64,000 nucleotides of DNA from the human T2T-CHM13v2.0 reference genome, Homo sapiens. The DNA lies in NCBI GenBank assembly GCA_009914755.4, contig CP086569.2, positions 19,456,001 to 19,520,000 of the forward strand, written 5' to 3'. The translations under genes and the position numbers were made by a program. Below are positions 1-12,081 of the stretch, piece after piece. The notes below the pieces were generated by a model. It was not told where the DNA came from. It made no database searches and saw nothing but the letters and a program-made list of their open reading frames with translations. Every line of letters starts with the position of its first letter. Position 1 is the first letter of the stretch.

Positions 1-145
1 CATCACTGTCAGAACATTGTGGAATTTTACAGCTGGCATTAACAGTACACCTTTTTGATCCTACATCAAAGCATTCCAACCTGTTTGTGCCTTTAATTAC
101 CTCCTGTTAGAGTCCACTTTTCATGTTTTCTAATGCACATTTCCT

Positions 146-436
146 TCTGTTTTTTTTTTTTTTTTTCTCTGAGACAGTCTCTCTGTGTTACCCCCGCTGG
201 AGAGCAGTGGCATTATTTGAGCTCACTGATACCTCAACCTCTAGGTTCAAGCAATTCTTGTACCTCCATCTTTTGAGTAAGTAAAATTATATTTGCCCAA
301 GATGCTGGGCTAGTTTTTGTACTTTTAGTACAAATGGGGTTTCACCATGTTGGCCAGGATGGTCTTGAACTCCTGGCCTCAGGTAATCCACCCACCATGG
401 TCCCCAAAAGCACTGGGATTACAAGCTTGAGCCACC
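146..436 (-). mobile_element. Alu SINE, reverse orientation
   Basis: Poly(T) head at 146-167 followed by reverse-complement Alu body (gagacagtctc..gctggagagcagtgg ... ctcctggcctcaggtaatccacc ... gggattacaag). Confidence 0.85.
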
Positions 437-869
437 AAAGACCACCTCTAATGCAGATTTTCAACACGTTGGTTCCATGCTCCATACAAAGTCAGATTTA
501 ATTGTTTTTGTCAGGATTTATTAACTTTTAGATTCTGAGTCCAGATCATGAGCATGGCTGAACAAATCCATTCCAGACCTGATATTTGTTTTCCTTTCAG
601 CTTCATGTCTTTGTGTTTCACCACAGTCTATTTGGAGCAACATTCGGAGAACATCACTTTCAGCCATGCCCTTTACCATCTGGTAACAAGGCTCCCATTT
701 CTACTTGGAGGTAAAAGGCTCTCTCCCTGTTTGCCTACTTAAGACTCATACAACACAGATATCACTCCTTCTAGGAGGTGCTTCTCATCTATCATATTAG
801 TTTTCTTGTCTGTCTGTGTGCCTTGGACAACCAGCACTGATGTAATACAGTATCTGACACATATATGTA

Positions 870-883
870 TGTGAGTGTGTGTG

Positions 884-924
<41 letters not shown>
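870..924. repeat. (GT)n/(AC)n dinucleotide microsatellite
   Basis: gtgagtgtgtgtgtatatac followed by uninterrupted (ac)18. It causes the poly-Cys-Val artefact ORFs at 739-1013. Confidence 0.95.
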
Positions 925-927
<3 letters not shown>

Positions 928-1721
928 TGTGAATTAGTTGATGTTGACTGCGGACTTACAATCATAAACTCTATTTTCGTTGTCAAAAACACATATTCTT
1001 GGTATTGAGGCATTATTTGTTATTCTTCGTTCCTCACCACAACTTATCATAAAAGCGTACCTCACAGTATCCTTCACTAGAGATGCAATATTTTGGACTT
1101 ACTGAGGCTAGCGTCCCTGCTTATCCCTTTGACTATCATGCTTTCTTTTTACATCTAGTTATGATTTTCCCCTGCTTCTTCTAAAAATTCTTTTTCATCT
1201 TCTGCTTTGAGTAGCAGGTCCTTGTCTGAAAGAACTAGCTGTATCCTTACCACTCCTTCCTTTATTTGCAGTGGAGATTCCTGGTTGCTGTGATGAAATG
1301 GGATACACTGGGGATCCAGCTGCACAACTTTTCGGAAGCAGCATTCACTGTGGATTTGGTATATTATGCAGCTTTTGGTGTCACAGGCTAAGGTCTGACA
1401 AGATTCACCATGCAGTTTTCTGGGATAGCAGAAAATGAACATGGATTTGGACAGCCAGATTCCTCAGGATGGAAACCTAGTGGTGCCATCTAACCATATA
1501 CGTATATTTCCAAGTTGTGCATAAGTAGAAAAAGTTTAGAATCCATCATCTAAAAAGGGAATCCTGATTTCCTTTCCTGGCAGACCATGACAGAAAGACA
1601 AAGGTCATTTCACCTATATCCACATGCTATTAACTTTTTAGTTCTCAAACTGGGTTTTCAGAAGGTAGTGTGATAGACATGGTTAAATGGTTAACAGGAA
1701 GAATGTTTAAAAAAAAAATTC

Positions 1722-1872
1722 CGGCTGGGGTGGTGGCTCAGGCCTGTAATCACAGCATTTTGGGAGGCCAAGCTGAGTCAGGAGAATCGCTTGAACCCAG
1801 GAGGCGGAGGTTGCAGTAAGCTGAGATCCTGCTTTTGCGCTCCAGCCTGGGTGACAGAGTAAGACTTCATCT
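1722..1872 (+). mobile_element. Alu-derived fragment, internally deleted (about 150 bp)
   Basis: ccggctggggtggtggctcaggcctgtaatcacagcattttgggaggcc joins directly to ..caggagaatcgcttgaacccaggaggcggaggttgcagtaagctgagatc..ccagcctgggtgacagagtaagact. Left-arm start fused to right-arm end. Confidence 0.7.
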
Positions 1873-2200
1873 TAAAGAAATCCACAACAATAAAAAGGCT
1901 AATGCCAGACACAATAAAAAATGAAAAGAATAACTTGGGTGAACAGCAAGGCAAGAAAGAAAAAAGGAAATGACAGTTTAGAAAGTGAGGATAAAGTAAT
2001 GAAAGATGGAATGAGACAGGTTAACATGTGGAATACATTATTGTAAGTTTAAGGCCCGAATAAGACGAGTGTCAAACAACAAAAGCAACAGTAAAATAAG
2101 CACAGAGAGGAGGAGAGAGAGTGTGAAGGAGGAAAAAGAGTAAGCAAATGCAAAACATAAAGTGATCAGCATGATTAGAAAATCTGTCCATTCCCACCCT
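1873..2200. repeat. A/GA-rich low-complexity purine tract
   Basis: Long runs of aaaag/gaaa/aggaaa immediately 3' of the Alu fragment. It produces poly-Leu/Phe ORFs on the minus strand (2038-2254). Confidence 0.6.
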
Positions 2201-4261
2201 CGGAAAATTCTTTGTATTTTGAGGAACATCCTTACAAGATTTTAATGTAACCAATCACAGAGCAGTCTAACCCAGAAAATATCCTAGCTTCTTCTAGGAT
2301 TCATACAAAGACATTGTACCTTCTTAAGTATTCTCTCTCTATCTAGGTTAAACTAGCTTAAACTGTTTCAATAACAAAAATTACTTTGAATTTTCTGCCC
2401 AAAAGGAACATCACGGACGTTCTTCATCTTGAGTCATCACTTGAGTAATAAAGTAGATGGAGAAGATGTACTTTCTCCCTCACATAAATGCAATTAATAT
2501 CCGTGCGTGATATATATAAAGCAAACATAAGACTGAAGGATGGAGCAAGAAGATAAACTGGTGAGGAAATTTAAGATGCAACAAGTGATAAGATGGTTGA
2601 GTTCCCTGAATTCTTTTTGCCTGGTGTTATCACAGACTTGATCCTGAAGGAGCTGGTACCGACAAATATAAGTAGGTATAGACAGAATTGTCCCCCAAAA
2701 GCTCCAGCCTCTATAGACACAGGTCTAGGAAAGGGACACCTTATTAAGACAAAAATCTTTGTACAATAGCCATCCTACTTTCGTCAAACATTACAACACA
2801 AAACAAAACGACCCAAAAAAGCTAGCCAGGACAACAAAGTTTAAGTTGGAACATAGAGAGCACCAGGCATTAATGAAGCAACCCAACCCTCTGCCGGAGT
2901 GGAATCAGGGAAGGTAAAGTAGAGAGCTAGAGTTTTCAACCCTGCCGTGTGGTAACAAGATACCCTTCCACTTCTAGCCAGGAAGGTACAAGTAACACCT
3001 AGGTTGAAGCTGGAATCTGCATATTTATTTATCAGTAATGAGGAGCACTGCCTTGGGTGTCAAAGGAAGTGAAGACGGGAAGTTGGAATTGTGGCCCTAC
3101 TTGACAAGTATACACTTCCCTCTGTTAGGGTGGTATCAGACAAAGCCAGCTACAGATGAACAAATAGGATGTCAAAATATGGTCCGGAGTCTCCTAACGG
3201 TCCCCCAAATGTTTAACTTTCAAGTAAAAATCTGAGACAGAAATTCTAGTGCTACTGTTATGGGATCACTGTGGTGTCAATTTTACTTGCCAGAAACCTC
3301 TGTGACCACGATGCCTTTCCTTGAGTTCTTGTCCTGTGTGCAGGGAGAATGAGATAGAGAGTCAAGTGAAGGGTAAAGAAGAAGAAGAGTTCTATTTAGT
3401 GTTAAAACAGTTCAAAGTATTGGTGTTCACTCAGGACGGTAGCAGAAATACTAAAGGGAAATATTAGGGAAAGATATAGGGAATAGTCACAAACCTTTTG
3501 GAAGGCTGAAAGGTTACATAGCTTGTAATAATTGAACAGGCTGAAGGCAGCCAGTTCTTACCTTAGAGCATTAGGTCATAGGATAAATACTAGGGACAAT
3601 AGAGGCTTCCCCATTTAAGCTTGTTAACCTTACCTCCATTAACTAACCTTTAAGGCAGATTGCCCTCTTGGAGGAAGGTTGACCAAGGATATTGCCCTTT
3701 AATGGAATTTACTTTAGACCACGGTACCTGAGCTTTAATCATTCATAGAACTACTCTCTCAACCATGTTAATTATGTACAAGTGTGCTGACTCAGAGTTT
3801 CTGTTGTTAATCACATACTAACTAAGTGACTGGAGTGCAAGCTTCTAAGGGCCGGTCACAGTAAAAAACATTTCTTGATGTGCAGGCGCTTGGACACCCA
3901 GCTGTACTGGCAAAGCAGAATATTTGTCAGTTTATGCTTTATTCATCCATCTTTTGGGTCAGGGTCTGCAGGCAGACCCCTACAGCTAGTGCCCTCTTGT
4001 GAGGAGCAATACCTCACAAAGGAGTGGGTAGCTCTTCTCTATAGGCAGGTCTTCCCATGGTGTGTTCACTCTATAGAGAGGGAGGCTCCTCTCTGCAGGC
4101 AAGTCATTTACATGACTCTGCAGGTCTCTGCAGCTCTCTGCTGCAGCTGCTGCTCCCAGCGGAGAGGGTACTGCTCTCCTCCCATGGTCTGCAGGGATCA
4201 GCAGGAAGGGTACCCCTTTCTGCAGCAGACTGGCTTTTTAGTGTCTTCATAAGAACTTTCA

Positions 4262-5040
4262 CAGAGCAATAGTTTTTAATTTTGATTTGATCCAGTTTAT
4301 CGGTTTTCCTTTTATGGTTTATGCTTTTGGTATCAAATGTAATAACACTTTGCTACAACTAAGAGGCTTCAATTTTCTTATGATTCTTTTATTCTGAAAA
4401 TGTTTTATAAAATGTCTTATAATTTTATATTACATTGAAGTTCATGAGCCATTTTGAGTTAATTTGTGTAGAGTAATGTTTATGTTAAGGCTTTATTTCT
4501 TAAATTTATGGATGTCCACATGCCATAGCACCATTTGTTGAAAGGCTGTTTTTCCTCCACTGATTTTTGCTTGCCAGATTTATGTCATATTACCTGGTCA
4601 TATCCACACCAGTGTGGCTCTATTCCTGGGCTTTCTCTTCTGCTCCATTTTTTACACGAATCTGTCTCTATGCCAATACTAAACTGTCATGATCACTTTA
4701 GCTGTTTAATAAGTCTTTGAAATGTTGTTGATGGATTTCTCCCACTATATATTAAACACTAATAATTGTCTTAGCTATCCTAGTAAGTTTGCATTGTCTG
4801 CAAAAATTCTTGCTGAGATATTGATAGGAATTGCATCAAATATATAGATCAAGCTGGGGAAAATTAACATGATATATTATATCTTTACATCCATGAACAC
4901 CGTGTATCTCTTATTATTTCTATTTGATTTATTTCACCAGTATTTTATATGCTTCAGCATACAGATCTCATACCTGTTTTCTTTTGTTTAAATGCATATC
5001 AAAACATTTGATGTTCTTTGGAGCAGCTGTAGATGATACA
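4262..5040 (-). mobile_element. LINE-1 fragment (ORF2 C-terminal region), reverse orientation, old/diverged
   Basis: Reverse-complement L1 hallmark strings: ccattttgagttaatttgtgta, gcaccatttgttgaaagg, gattgcatcaaatatatagatcaa, tctttacatccatgaacac, matching the L1 ORF2 3' region on the opposite strand. Confidence 0.7.
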
Positions 5041-5351
5041 GTTTCTAATCTGGGGAAATGGCAGAGTGCTAACTAGTTTAGATTTACTTTGTCTGTTCAG
5101 TTCCTAGGAGGGTGGTTTGTGGTAGATGGTTAACTCCCCACTGAAGCCTTCTGACAGGATAGGTTAGAGGAGGGTAGTGGGGACAGCAGGCAAGACACAC
5201 AGTGCAATCTGTCCTACTTAGCTCTGGCTCTTTAAAAACTGTGGTTGTTGGGTCGACCTGTATGCTCAGCTTGCTACCGGAGTCTGCTGACATAAGGGAA
5301 TTAGAATGCTCTCCTCTGCTTTCTCCAGGAGGGTGATAGAATATTCTCTCT

Positions 5352-5704
5352 GGCCGGGCACAGTGGCTCATGCCTGTAATGCCAGCACTTTGGGACGCCA
5401 AGGTGGGTGGATCACCTGAGGTCAGGAGTTTGAGACCAGCCTGACCAACATGGAGAAACACCATCTCTACTAAAAATACAAAATCAGCCGGGTGTGGTGC
5501 CACATGCCTGTAATCCCAGCTACTTGAGAGGATGAGGCAGGAGAATCATTTGAACCAGGGAGGTAAAGCTTGCAGAGAGCTGAGATGCTGAGATTGTGTG
5601 TCATTGCACTTTAGCCTGGGCAACAAAAAGAAACTCCATCTCAAAAAAAAAAAAAAAAAAAAAAAAAACACAACAACAAAAAAAGAACGAAAAGAAAAAA
5701 AAAA
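5352..5704 (+). mobile_element. Alu SINE with long poly(A) tail
   Basis: ggccgggcacagtggctcatgcctgtaatgccagcactttggga ... gcctgggcaacaaaaagaaactccatctc followed by a24 and an A-rich tail. Confidence 0.9.
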
Positions 5705-5795
5705 GTTGCTGACTAGTTTGACTTCATGGGGAATGAGAGCATCACTGACATGTTGAGAAGACTGTCTCTGTACATGGCTCCACAGAAATGGCAAT

Positions 5796-5836
5796 ACTAG
5801 TTAATTTTATTTTATTTTATTTATTAATTATTTTCT
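5796..5836. repeat. (ATTTT)n-like AT-rich simple repeat
   Basis: aattttattttattttatttattaattatttt. Confidence 0.8.
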
Positions 5837-6378
5837 GGTAGTGTTTATCTGGAATAGTTTGGTTATTACCTTTAGAAGTGTTTCATGCTATTGTGTGTGG
5901 TTAGGTCATCCTCTCCTTGTCCTTTGGTTGAGAGAGAAGAGGATTTCCTTGAAGTCCTTTTCTTCTGTGCCTATTGGAGATTCTGGATTGGAAACTTCTA
6001 CAGTCCATCATCTGCGATATACGGAAGACACTAGGAAAACCAAGTAAAGTGACCATGATACCACTCTGCAAGTCCTTATGTCCCCAGACAAACTGTCTTC
6101 CTTTTTCTATCTTTCAGATCCTGTCCTTGTTTTTTGTCTTTACATCTGTGGTGTTTCAGTTGTTCAGAGGAAACAATGGGGTGTTGCATTGTAACTAGAA
6201 ATCCTAGGAAGTGAAAGTTTGAGAATGGCTTTTAAAGTACCATGCAAACCAAATCTCATAATGCAAAACATGGGAAGATATGGCATGACATAATTTACCC
6301 AAAATAAAGTGATTTTTATAAAATAAAGTCTTCACCAAATTTAAATAATCTCAAAGAAGTCTGCTGAGATCAGCTTGG

Positions 6379-6760
6379 TCATGGAGACCTTAACCCAGCT
6401 GTGCTAGAGGAATTAAAGACAGACACACAGAATTATGAAGTACAGAGTGGGAATCAGTGGGCTGACAGCCTTCAGAGCTGACAGCCATGAACAGAGTTTT
6501 ACCCACATATTTGACAGTAAGCCAGTGATAAGCATTGTTTCTGTAGATTGTAGATTCAGTAAAAAGGAAGACAAAGAGTTGGGTTCTCACTAGTTATCTG
6601 AAGCAGGAGCAGGTCCTTGAGGCACAGATCGCTCATGATATTCTTTGTGGTTCAGGAATGCCTTAAGCGGTTTTCTGCCCTGGGTGGGCCAGGTGTTCCT
6701 CGCCCTCATTCCAGTAAACCCACAACCCTCAGTGTGAGTGTCATACCCATCATGAGCATG
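6379..6760 (-). repeat. LTR-like terminal direct repeat (3' side in element orientation)
   Basis: tcatggagacc...catcatgagcatg block repeated at 9668-10016. A purine-rich run (aaaaagaggaa, on the minus strand) lies about 80 bp internal to it. Confidence 0.55.
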
Positions 6761-7152
6761 TCATAGTGCTTCAGAGATTTTGTTTATGGCCAGTTTGGGG
6801 GCCTGTCTATGGCCAGATTTGGGGGTCTGTTCTCTACATATTCCTCTTTTTGGTTTTTCCAATTCGATAAAAGCAAAGGTGGCTTTATCACGGTGAACTA
6901 CGTCTCACAGGACTTGGGATCTGCATCTGCAGACTATACAAAGACAAACAACACAGATTTAAAGCACAATCATCTTTAAATCAGAGTCTCCAAGTGTTTT
7001 TGTCCTTTTTAATGGGTTAATAGCAGCTAATCCATCCACAGCTCTTTCAAGCACTCCTGTTCCTGGCATTAAGATCAAGCGTGCCTGGGATAATTCAAAT
7101 ATTTGCTCTTCTTAATTTTGCAATATCCAAAGACATATTTGTAGAATGTCCT

Positions 7153-7245
7153 TCTAGATGCGTTTTTATTCTTTCCCAAATTTTGATCAGATTGCCGTTC
7201 TAGATGCTTTTTTATTCTTTCCCAAATTTTGATCTTATTAAGAGC
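7153..7245. repeat. About 44-bp tandem duplication (2 copies) inside the ERVK-like element
   Basis: ttctagatgcgtttttattctttcccaaattttgatcagattgccg / ttctagatgcttttttattctttcccaaattttgatcttatt. Confidence 0.8.
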
Positions 7246-7318
7246 CAATAACAGTTTCCACAAATCCTAATGTTTAGCTCCTAGAGCGGGTTGTATCATT
7301 TGTTGTTGAGGTGCCATT

Positions 7319-7813
7319 TTACCTCCATGTTTCCAGAAGATCTCTTGCTGTATCTCTTACCATTTCTACCATCTGACCATTTTGGTCAGACAAGCTGAAC
7401 ATAGTGTGGCCTTGGCACACAGACCGAGAGGTGCGATTTAAGCTAAACTTCCCCTTAGGGGACAAATCAATAAATATTCCATAGGAATCGTTGCAGAGCA
7501 CCTCTGCATGTTCTGCAATGCAATTTTCTAAAACAAGTACATTCATTTATTCTGGCCGTGTCTATTTCTGTTTACAATTAGATTCTTGAGGGCAGTATGC
7601 CTCAATTCTAGGAGCAGATTCATTATGATAAACACTGAGACCAGAAAGCATATGTAACTGTGTCAGCCCTGCAAAGGAATACTCATGGCAATGGTGATCA
7701 CCAGTATCATAGCTATCATTATATGGGGGACTCATTGTCCTACTTTCCTCAGGTTTTCTTTTGCCATCTGTGGCAGCTTCTTGATCTGTCCCCAGGTAGG
7801 TGGCTGTGTTCAA
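7319..7813 (-). pseudogene. ERVK integrase C-terminal remnants
   Basis: ORFs 7562-7813 and 7319-7546 continue downstream of the integrase core. Weak similarity to the IN C-terminal region. Interrupted. Confidence 0.4.
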
Positions 7814-8169
7814 TGCGTGTTGCTCGTGATAGTTGGGGTACTCCTCAGCATCAACTTAGAGAATGCTGCCACCGCTGGATCTTTGAGATCCTCCTAACAC
7901 CTCTTCCAGGGTATCTGGCTCATAAGCAGGGCTTTAGGCATCTCAGTAGCACCCACATTGGCAGTTGATCAGTCCTGGAGAAACACAAGCATAACCTCTA
8001 CCCCATGTTATTATTTTACCTATTTCCTAATTTTCTGTTATTGGATCTCACCACCAAACCAGTTTTTCTGCTTCTGTCTTTGCAGCTGGTTTCTGCAGAT
8101 GCTGATCAGCTGCTGATAGCATCTGGCCTCTAGACAGGCTCAAAAAATTTAGAGTCAATAATGCTACAT

Positions 8170-8858
8170 TCAATTTCCTATGTGGTATCCCGTAGTCCTT
8201 GATTCCCCCTTTGGCTTTTGCAACTGCTCTTTCAGGGAGAGATTCATTCTTTCCGCTACGGCTTGTCCTTGAAAATTATATGAGATACAAGTTATGTGTC
8301 TAATATTCCATATAGAGAAAAATGTCGCTACAGCTTCATTAGGGTAGCCTAGGGCATTGTCCATTTTAATAGAAGCTGGACTGCCCATCAACACAAAACA
8401 CTGCAAAAGTTGACATTTAACACAGGCAGAAGACTCTCCTAATTGGCACGTAGCCCAGACGAAGTGAGAAAAGGTGTTTACACATACATGTACGTAAGTT
8501 AGTCTCCCAAATGAGGAAACATGTGTGACATCCATTTGCCAAAGATCCTTAGGTTCCAATCCTCAAGGATTAACTCTTCCTGTAAAAGATGAGGAATGCA
8601 AGCTGGGTATTGCTGGATAATAGCTTTAGCTTCTTTCCAGGTAATGCTGGACCTGCATTTGAGACCAAAGGCATTAACATGGGTTAAATTGTGAAAGTGT
8701 TTGGCATTAGATATTGTAGCAGCAAATAGGTGGTCAGCCATTTGATTCCCTGCAGTCAAAGGTCCTGGAAGAGATGTATGAGCTCTAATATGAGTAATGT
8801 AAAAAGGGTGCATTCTACTCCTAGCTGCTCTTTGTAATTGGGTAAATTCATCAGTCAC
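8170..8858 (-). pseudogene. ERVK pol RNase H C-terminus plus integrase (zinc-binding and DDE core), two overlapping frames
   Basis: ORF 8499-8858 contains [28 protein letters not shown] (HERV-K [26 protein letters not shown]). ORF 8170-8559 contains [38 protein letters not shown]...[13 protein letters not shown] (HERV-K integrase [38 protein letters not shown]...YNSQGQAIVERTN). The two frames are offset, implying a frameshift. Confidence 0.8.
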
Positions 8859-8859
8859 T

Positions 8860-9010
8860 CATCTGTGTGGAATCATGCTGAGCATTTTCAACCGACTGTG
8901 TAGAATGAACCACATATGAAGAATCAGAAATCACATTTATAGGCATATTACAAGCAGTCCATACCTCAATTACAGTTACAAGCTCCGACTTTTGAGCTGA
9001 AGTATAGGGC
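8860..9010 (-). pseudogene. ERVK pol RNase H remnant
   Basis: Minus-strand translation [45 protein letters not shown] resembles HERV-K RNase H (VFTDGSSNGKAAYTG...PYQSAQRAELVAVITVL). Contains a stop. Confidence 0.65.
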
Positions 9011-9667
9011 ATTCAGAAAACTTTACCTTTCGAGCCAGAATAAAAAGCTTTGGTATTACTAGACTCCTCTGTGAAGATATTTTTAGCATTTTCAATAGGT
9101 TTAAATTTGGTTATTTTAGGGAGAATCCAATGAGTTAATTTCAAAAATTGAAATAATTTTGTTTTTGGAAAATGGTTATCAAGAATACAAAGTCAGATAA
9201 ATGTGTTTGTCAAGTAAGGCTATTTGTAAAAGCCTGTTGTATTTGTGTCTTTGTAAGGGGGACAATAATTTTTCCAGGATGATATCCTTGTAATTTAATG
9301 ATCTAAGTTCTTCCATTTCCTATCATAGTAGTGATTTGATCCAAATAAGGAGTCAAAGTCCATGAATTAGTACGTGGAAAAAAAATCCATTCTACAAGGT
9401 ATTGCCCTTGAACAATAACACCAGTAGGTGAATGCTGAGTTGAAAAAAAAAAATCTGTAAATCTAGAACTGGAGCCCACACTTGTCCCATTGTAACCCTG
9501 ATGCTTCCGAACTTCTCTACTTACTCACCATGGGGATTTCTTAAGAGTAGCCAGGTGTCCTTCAGTGTAGTTCCACATTCTCCCACCCTCACTTTGGTGA
9601 CTCTTTGACCTGGGTTTGATTCCCCCGTATGGTCACGACTTGCCGAAGCCACATCAGTCATGGAGAC

Positions 9668-10016
9668 CATAACCCAGTAGCGCTAGTGGCATTAAAGACA
9701 CACACACAGAAATAGAGAGTGTGGAGTGGGAATCAGGGGGCTGACAGCTTTCAGAGCTGAGACCCATGAACAGAGTTGTACCCACATATTTATTGACAGC
9801 AAGCCAGTGATAAGCATTATTTCTATAGATTATAGATTAACTAAAATGGGAGACAAAGGATGGGCTCTGGCTACTTAACTGCAGCAATAATTTGTCCTTG
9901 AGGCAGTTTCAGGAATGCCTTAAGAAGTTTTCTGCCCTGGGTGTGCCAGCTGTTTCTTGCCCTCATTCTGGTAAACCAACAACCTTCAGCATGGGCATCA
10001 TAGCAATCATGAGCAT
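9668..10016 (-). repeat. LTR-like terminal direct repeat (5' side in element orientation)
   Basis: Second copy of the tcatggagacc...catgagcatg block. Internal side (minus strand) reads ggtctcca tgactgatgtggcttcggcaagtcgtgacc, a possible degenerate PBS/leader. Confidence 0.55.
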
Positions 10017-11280
10017 GGCCTGTTCCCAACAAATTTGTTATAATATATGTAAACTAGCCAATGATTTATAGCATATTAATAATATAGATCAATGAAGAAA
10101 TGATAAAATACCTCTCCTACACTTGGAAATGAAATAAAGTTGGCAAGGCTTCCAGAAAATGTAATCAAAAATATGTACTTCCTCAACTGCAGAAGGGTTA
10201 TAGTAAAAATACCTTTCTGAGAGGTTTTATTTGTTAAGTGGCAAATGATTTAATAGAAATCAAGCACTTATGTCTAGTTCACTGGAGCAAAGTTAAAAGT
10301 TGCAAAAGCAACTCTTATGAAAGCCAGAGATTATAACTGTATGACAAATTTTAAAAAATCACACTGACTATCAAGAAAAGAAACAGCTCTGAGGTTTGGA
10401 CTTTAGCAATATTAGTTTGAGATTAAACTTGGTCGTTCATTGAAACAGTCAACAGAGCAGTAAATTTAGATATATTCCCAGGAAAGAGACCATTTCTGTG
10501 TTCAGCGGGGTTGGGCTCCCTGCCTAAATACTTGGTGAAAAAAAGTGTGGTTCAGACATTTAAGTAAAATATTTAAGTCAGTACAGAACATCATGTCCTG
10601 CAGATAGCAGGATCTAACACAGAATGCGGTTTTTTATTGAAATTGATGAGAAAAGATTTTTATCTCAACCTCTATCCTGTGGGATATGCAAGACTGAGGT
10701 TAGATTTTTCATGTTACCTACATAATATAACTACCCCCAAAGCAGAAACTGGTATAAAATACTAGATTGCACAATTAAGTTCCTAAAATCCTGAAAAGAT
10801 TAACATAAAACTCCCCCCATAAGTATCACTTTACACTCAAGAACTAAAGATCGCTTTACCACTTCACAGACAACATTAACAATTCACTGATGGATGTTCC
10901 ACGTCCTAGGAGGTAGCCAGGGAAGACACACTTAAGGGTCGTACCCAAGGATAAAAAGTTGAATAAAAAATGAGTAAGTTTAGGTGTTCTCTGAGATGAA
11001 GAAATGGAATCTAAAAGCAAAAACAGGTGGTAGGAGGACAAAAATAAATTTTTAAAATAGACAATTATACATTTTTGAAAAGTGAACCATATATGAAGGT
11101 TCATGAACCATATATTATAGGAACTCAATTTTTTTTTTGTTTGTTTCTTATGCAGTAGATTCCACACAAATATAGCAAGAATAAGTACTTTCCTAAGTAG
11201 ATCTGTAAGTAAGTTTGCCAGGTGCAGGGTGATAATAATACATTTGAAATGTCACCTTTCAATTTAAATTTAATTACTTG

Positions 11281-11472
11281 TGGCTGGGCATGGAGGCTCA
11301 CACCTGTAATCCCAGCGCTTTGTGAGGTGGAGGCAGGCAGATCAGGAGGTCAGGAGATCGAGACCATCCTGGCTAACACGGTGAAACCCCATCTCTACTA
11401 AAAATACAAAGAGTTAGCCGGGCGTGGTGGCAGTGGCCTGTAGTCCCATCTACTCGGAAGGCTGATGCAGGA
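11281..11472 (+). mobile_element. Alu SINE, 3'-truncated, present only in copy A
   Basis: tggctgggcatggaggctcacacctgtaatcccagcgctttg ... ggaaggctgatgcaggag, then the shared sequence gtactgggtattag resumes. Copy B has a 2.7-kb different segment at the same breakpoints. Confidence 0.8.
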
Positions 11473-12081
11473 GGTACTGGGTATTAGTGATGGTAATCTT
11501 TGTGTTTTTCATTATGAAATAATGTATGTAACTGTTGGGTACATCAGTGCTTTTAAATGGGCTGCTTAATTTAGGATTAACTATGTATATTCATGTTAAG
11601 AATTAACACGATTTGACTGTTTCCTGTATTTTATAGTATACATGTGCAGAAATATATTCAAAATTGAGGAAGGAAGCATACCTTTATCAGGGTGCTATTA
11701 AACTTGAACATCAAGTATCATATATCAGTTGAGGGTTTTTTTTTTTGATTACTCCATAAAAACGCCTATTTGGGGTGTTTTTTTTAAAATTGGGAGAAGC
11801 TGTCTTCTGTGTAGGACGGCTATTTCAAAATATTTCAGTGTTTTGTTTCCTGTTGCATGACAGATTTAACTTTTTTTTTTTTTTTCCAGCAGTCGTGGTA
11901 CATCAGAGTCCAGTGTTCTAGAAGAGGCAGTGTCTCCACCCTAATTTTACTTTTCTAATTCTGGTAGCTACAGGAATTTTTGAAAGTTTTGTTTAAGTAG
12001 TCTGACATTTTTATGTAAAGAGCATGAAATCGTGCTATGTATAAATTTTCAACATCTAAAAGTGAATCAACATTTTCAATC

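Larger units (their letters stand above)
6357..10036 (-). mobile_element. ERVK/HML-like (betaretrovirus-like) internally deleted provirus, inserted in copy A only
   Basis: Pol remnants on the minus strand match HERV-K RNase H and integrase. It is flanked by about 370-bp direct repeats (6379-6760 and 9668-10016, about 85% identical). Copy B is contiguous across the site (atctcaaag|tcttcataatatatg at 26215-26225). Confidence 0.7.

Noticed and set aside
739-1013. ORFs encoding poly(CV)/(TH) peptides
   Set aside because: Artefact of translating the (GT)n/(AC)n microsatellite at 870-924.
1155-1442. 95-aa Cys-rich minus-strand ORF, and a plus-strand splice-acceptor-like tttatttgcag|TGG at 1261-1272 followed by an open frame to a GT at about 1390
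   Set aside because: Both strands are open across the same segment and there is no recognisable homology. Acceptor-like motifs are frequent by chance in AT-rich DNA. Not reported as a feature.
3875-4272. 125-aa and 71-aa ORFs rich in CS/LQ
   Set aside because: The region contains short internal repeats of ctctgcagg / ctctatagagag motifs next to an L1 fragment. It looks like repeat-derived sequence, but I cannot name the family. There is no coding evidence.
5084-5503. 139-aa minus-strand ORF, and similar ORFs at 39542-39724, 51089-51371, 55233-55487, 60537-60797 and 49064-49378
   Set aside because: All lie inside Alu elements. Their translations (..[12 protein letters not shown].., ..[11 protein letters not shown]..) are the well-known Alu-derived pseudo-peptides.
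9480-9667. Possible primer-binding site downstream (minus strand) of the ERVK-like 5' repeat, and a tRNA-like match in the HERV-2 PBS region 48095-48120
   Set aside because: Neither matches a standard tRNA 3' end convincingly. Identity to the Lys PBS is about 60%, and the HERV-2 site ends in CCA-complement but is otherwise degenerate. They are too decayed to call.
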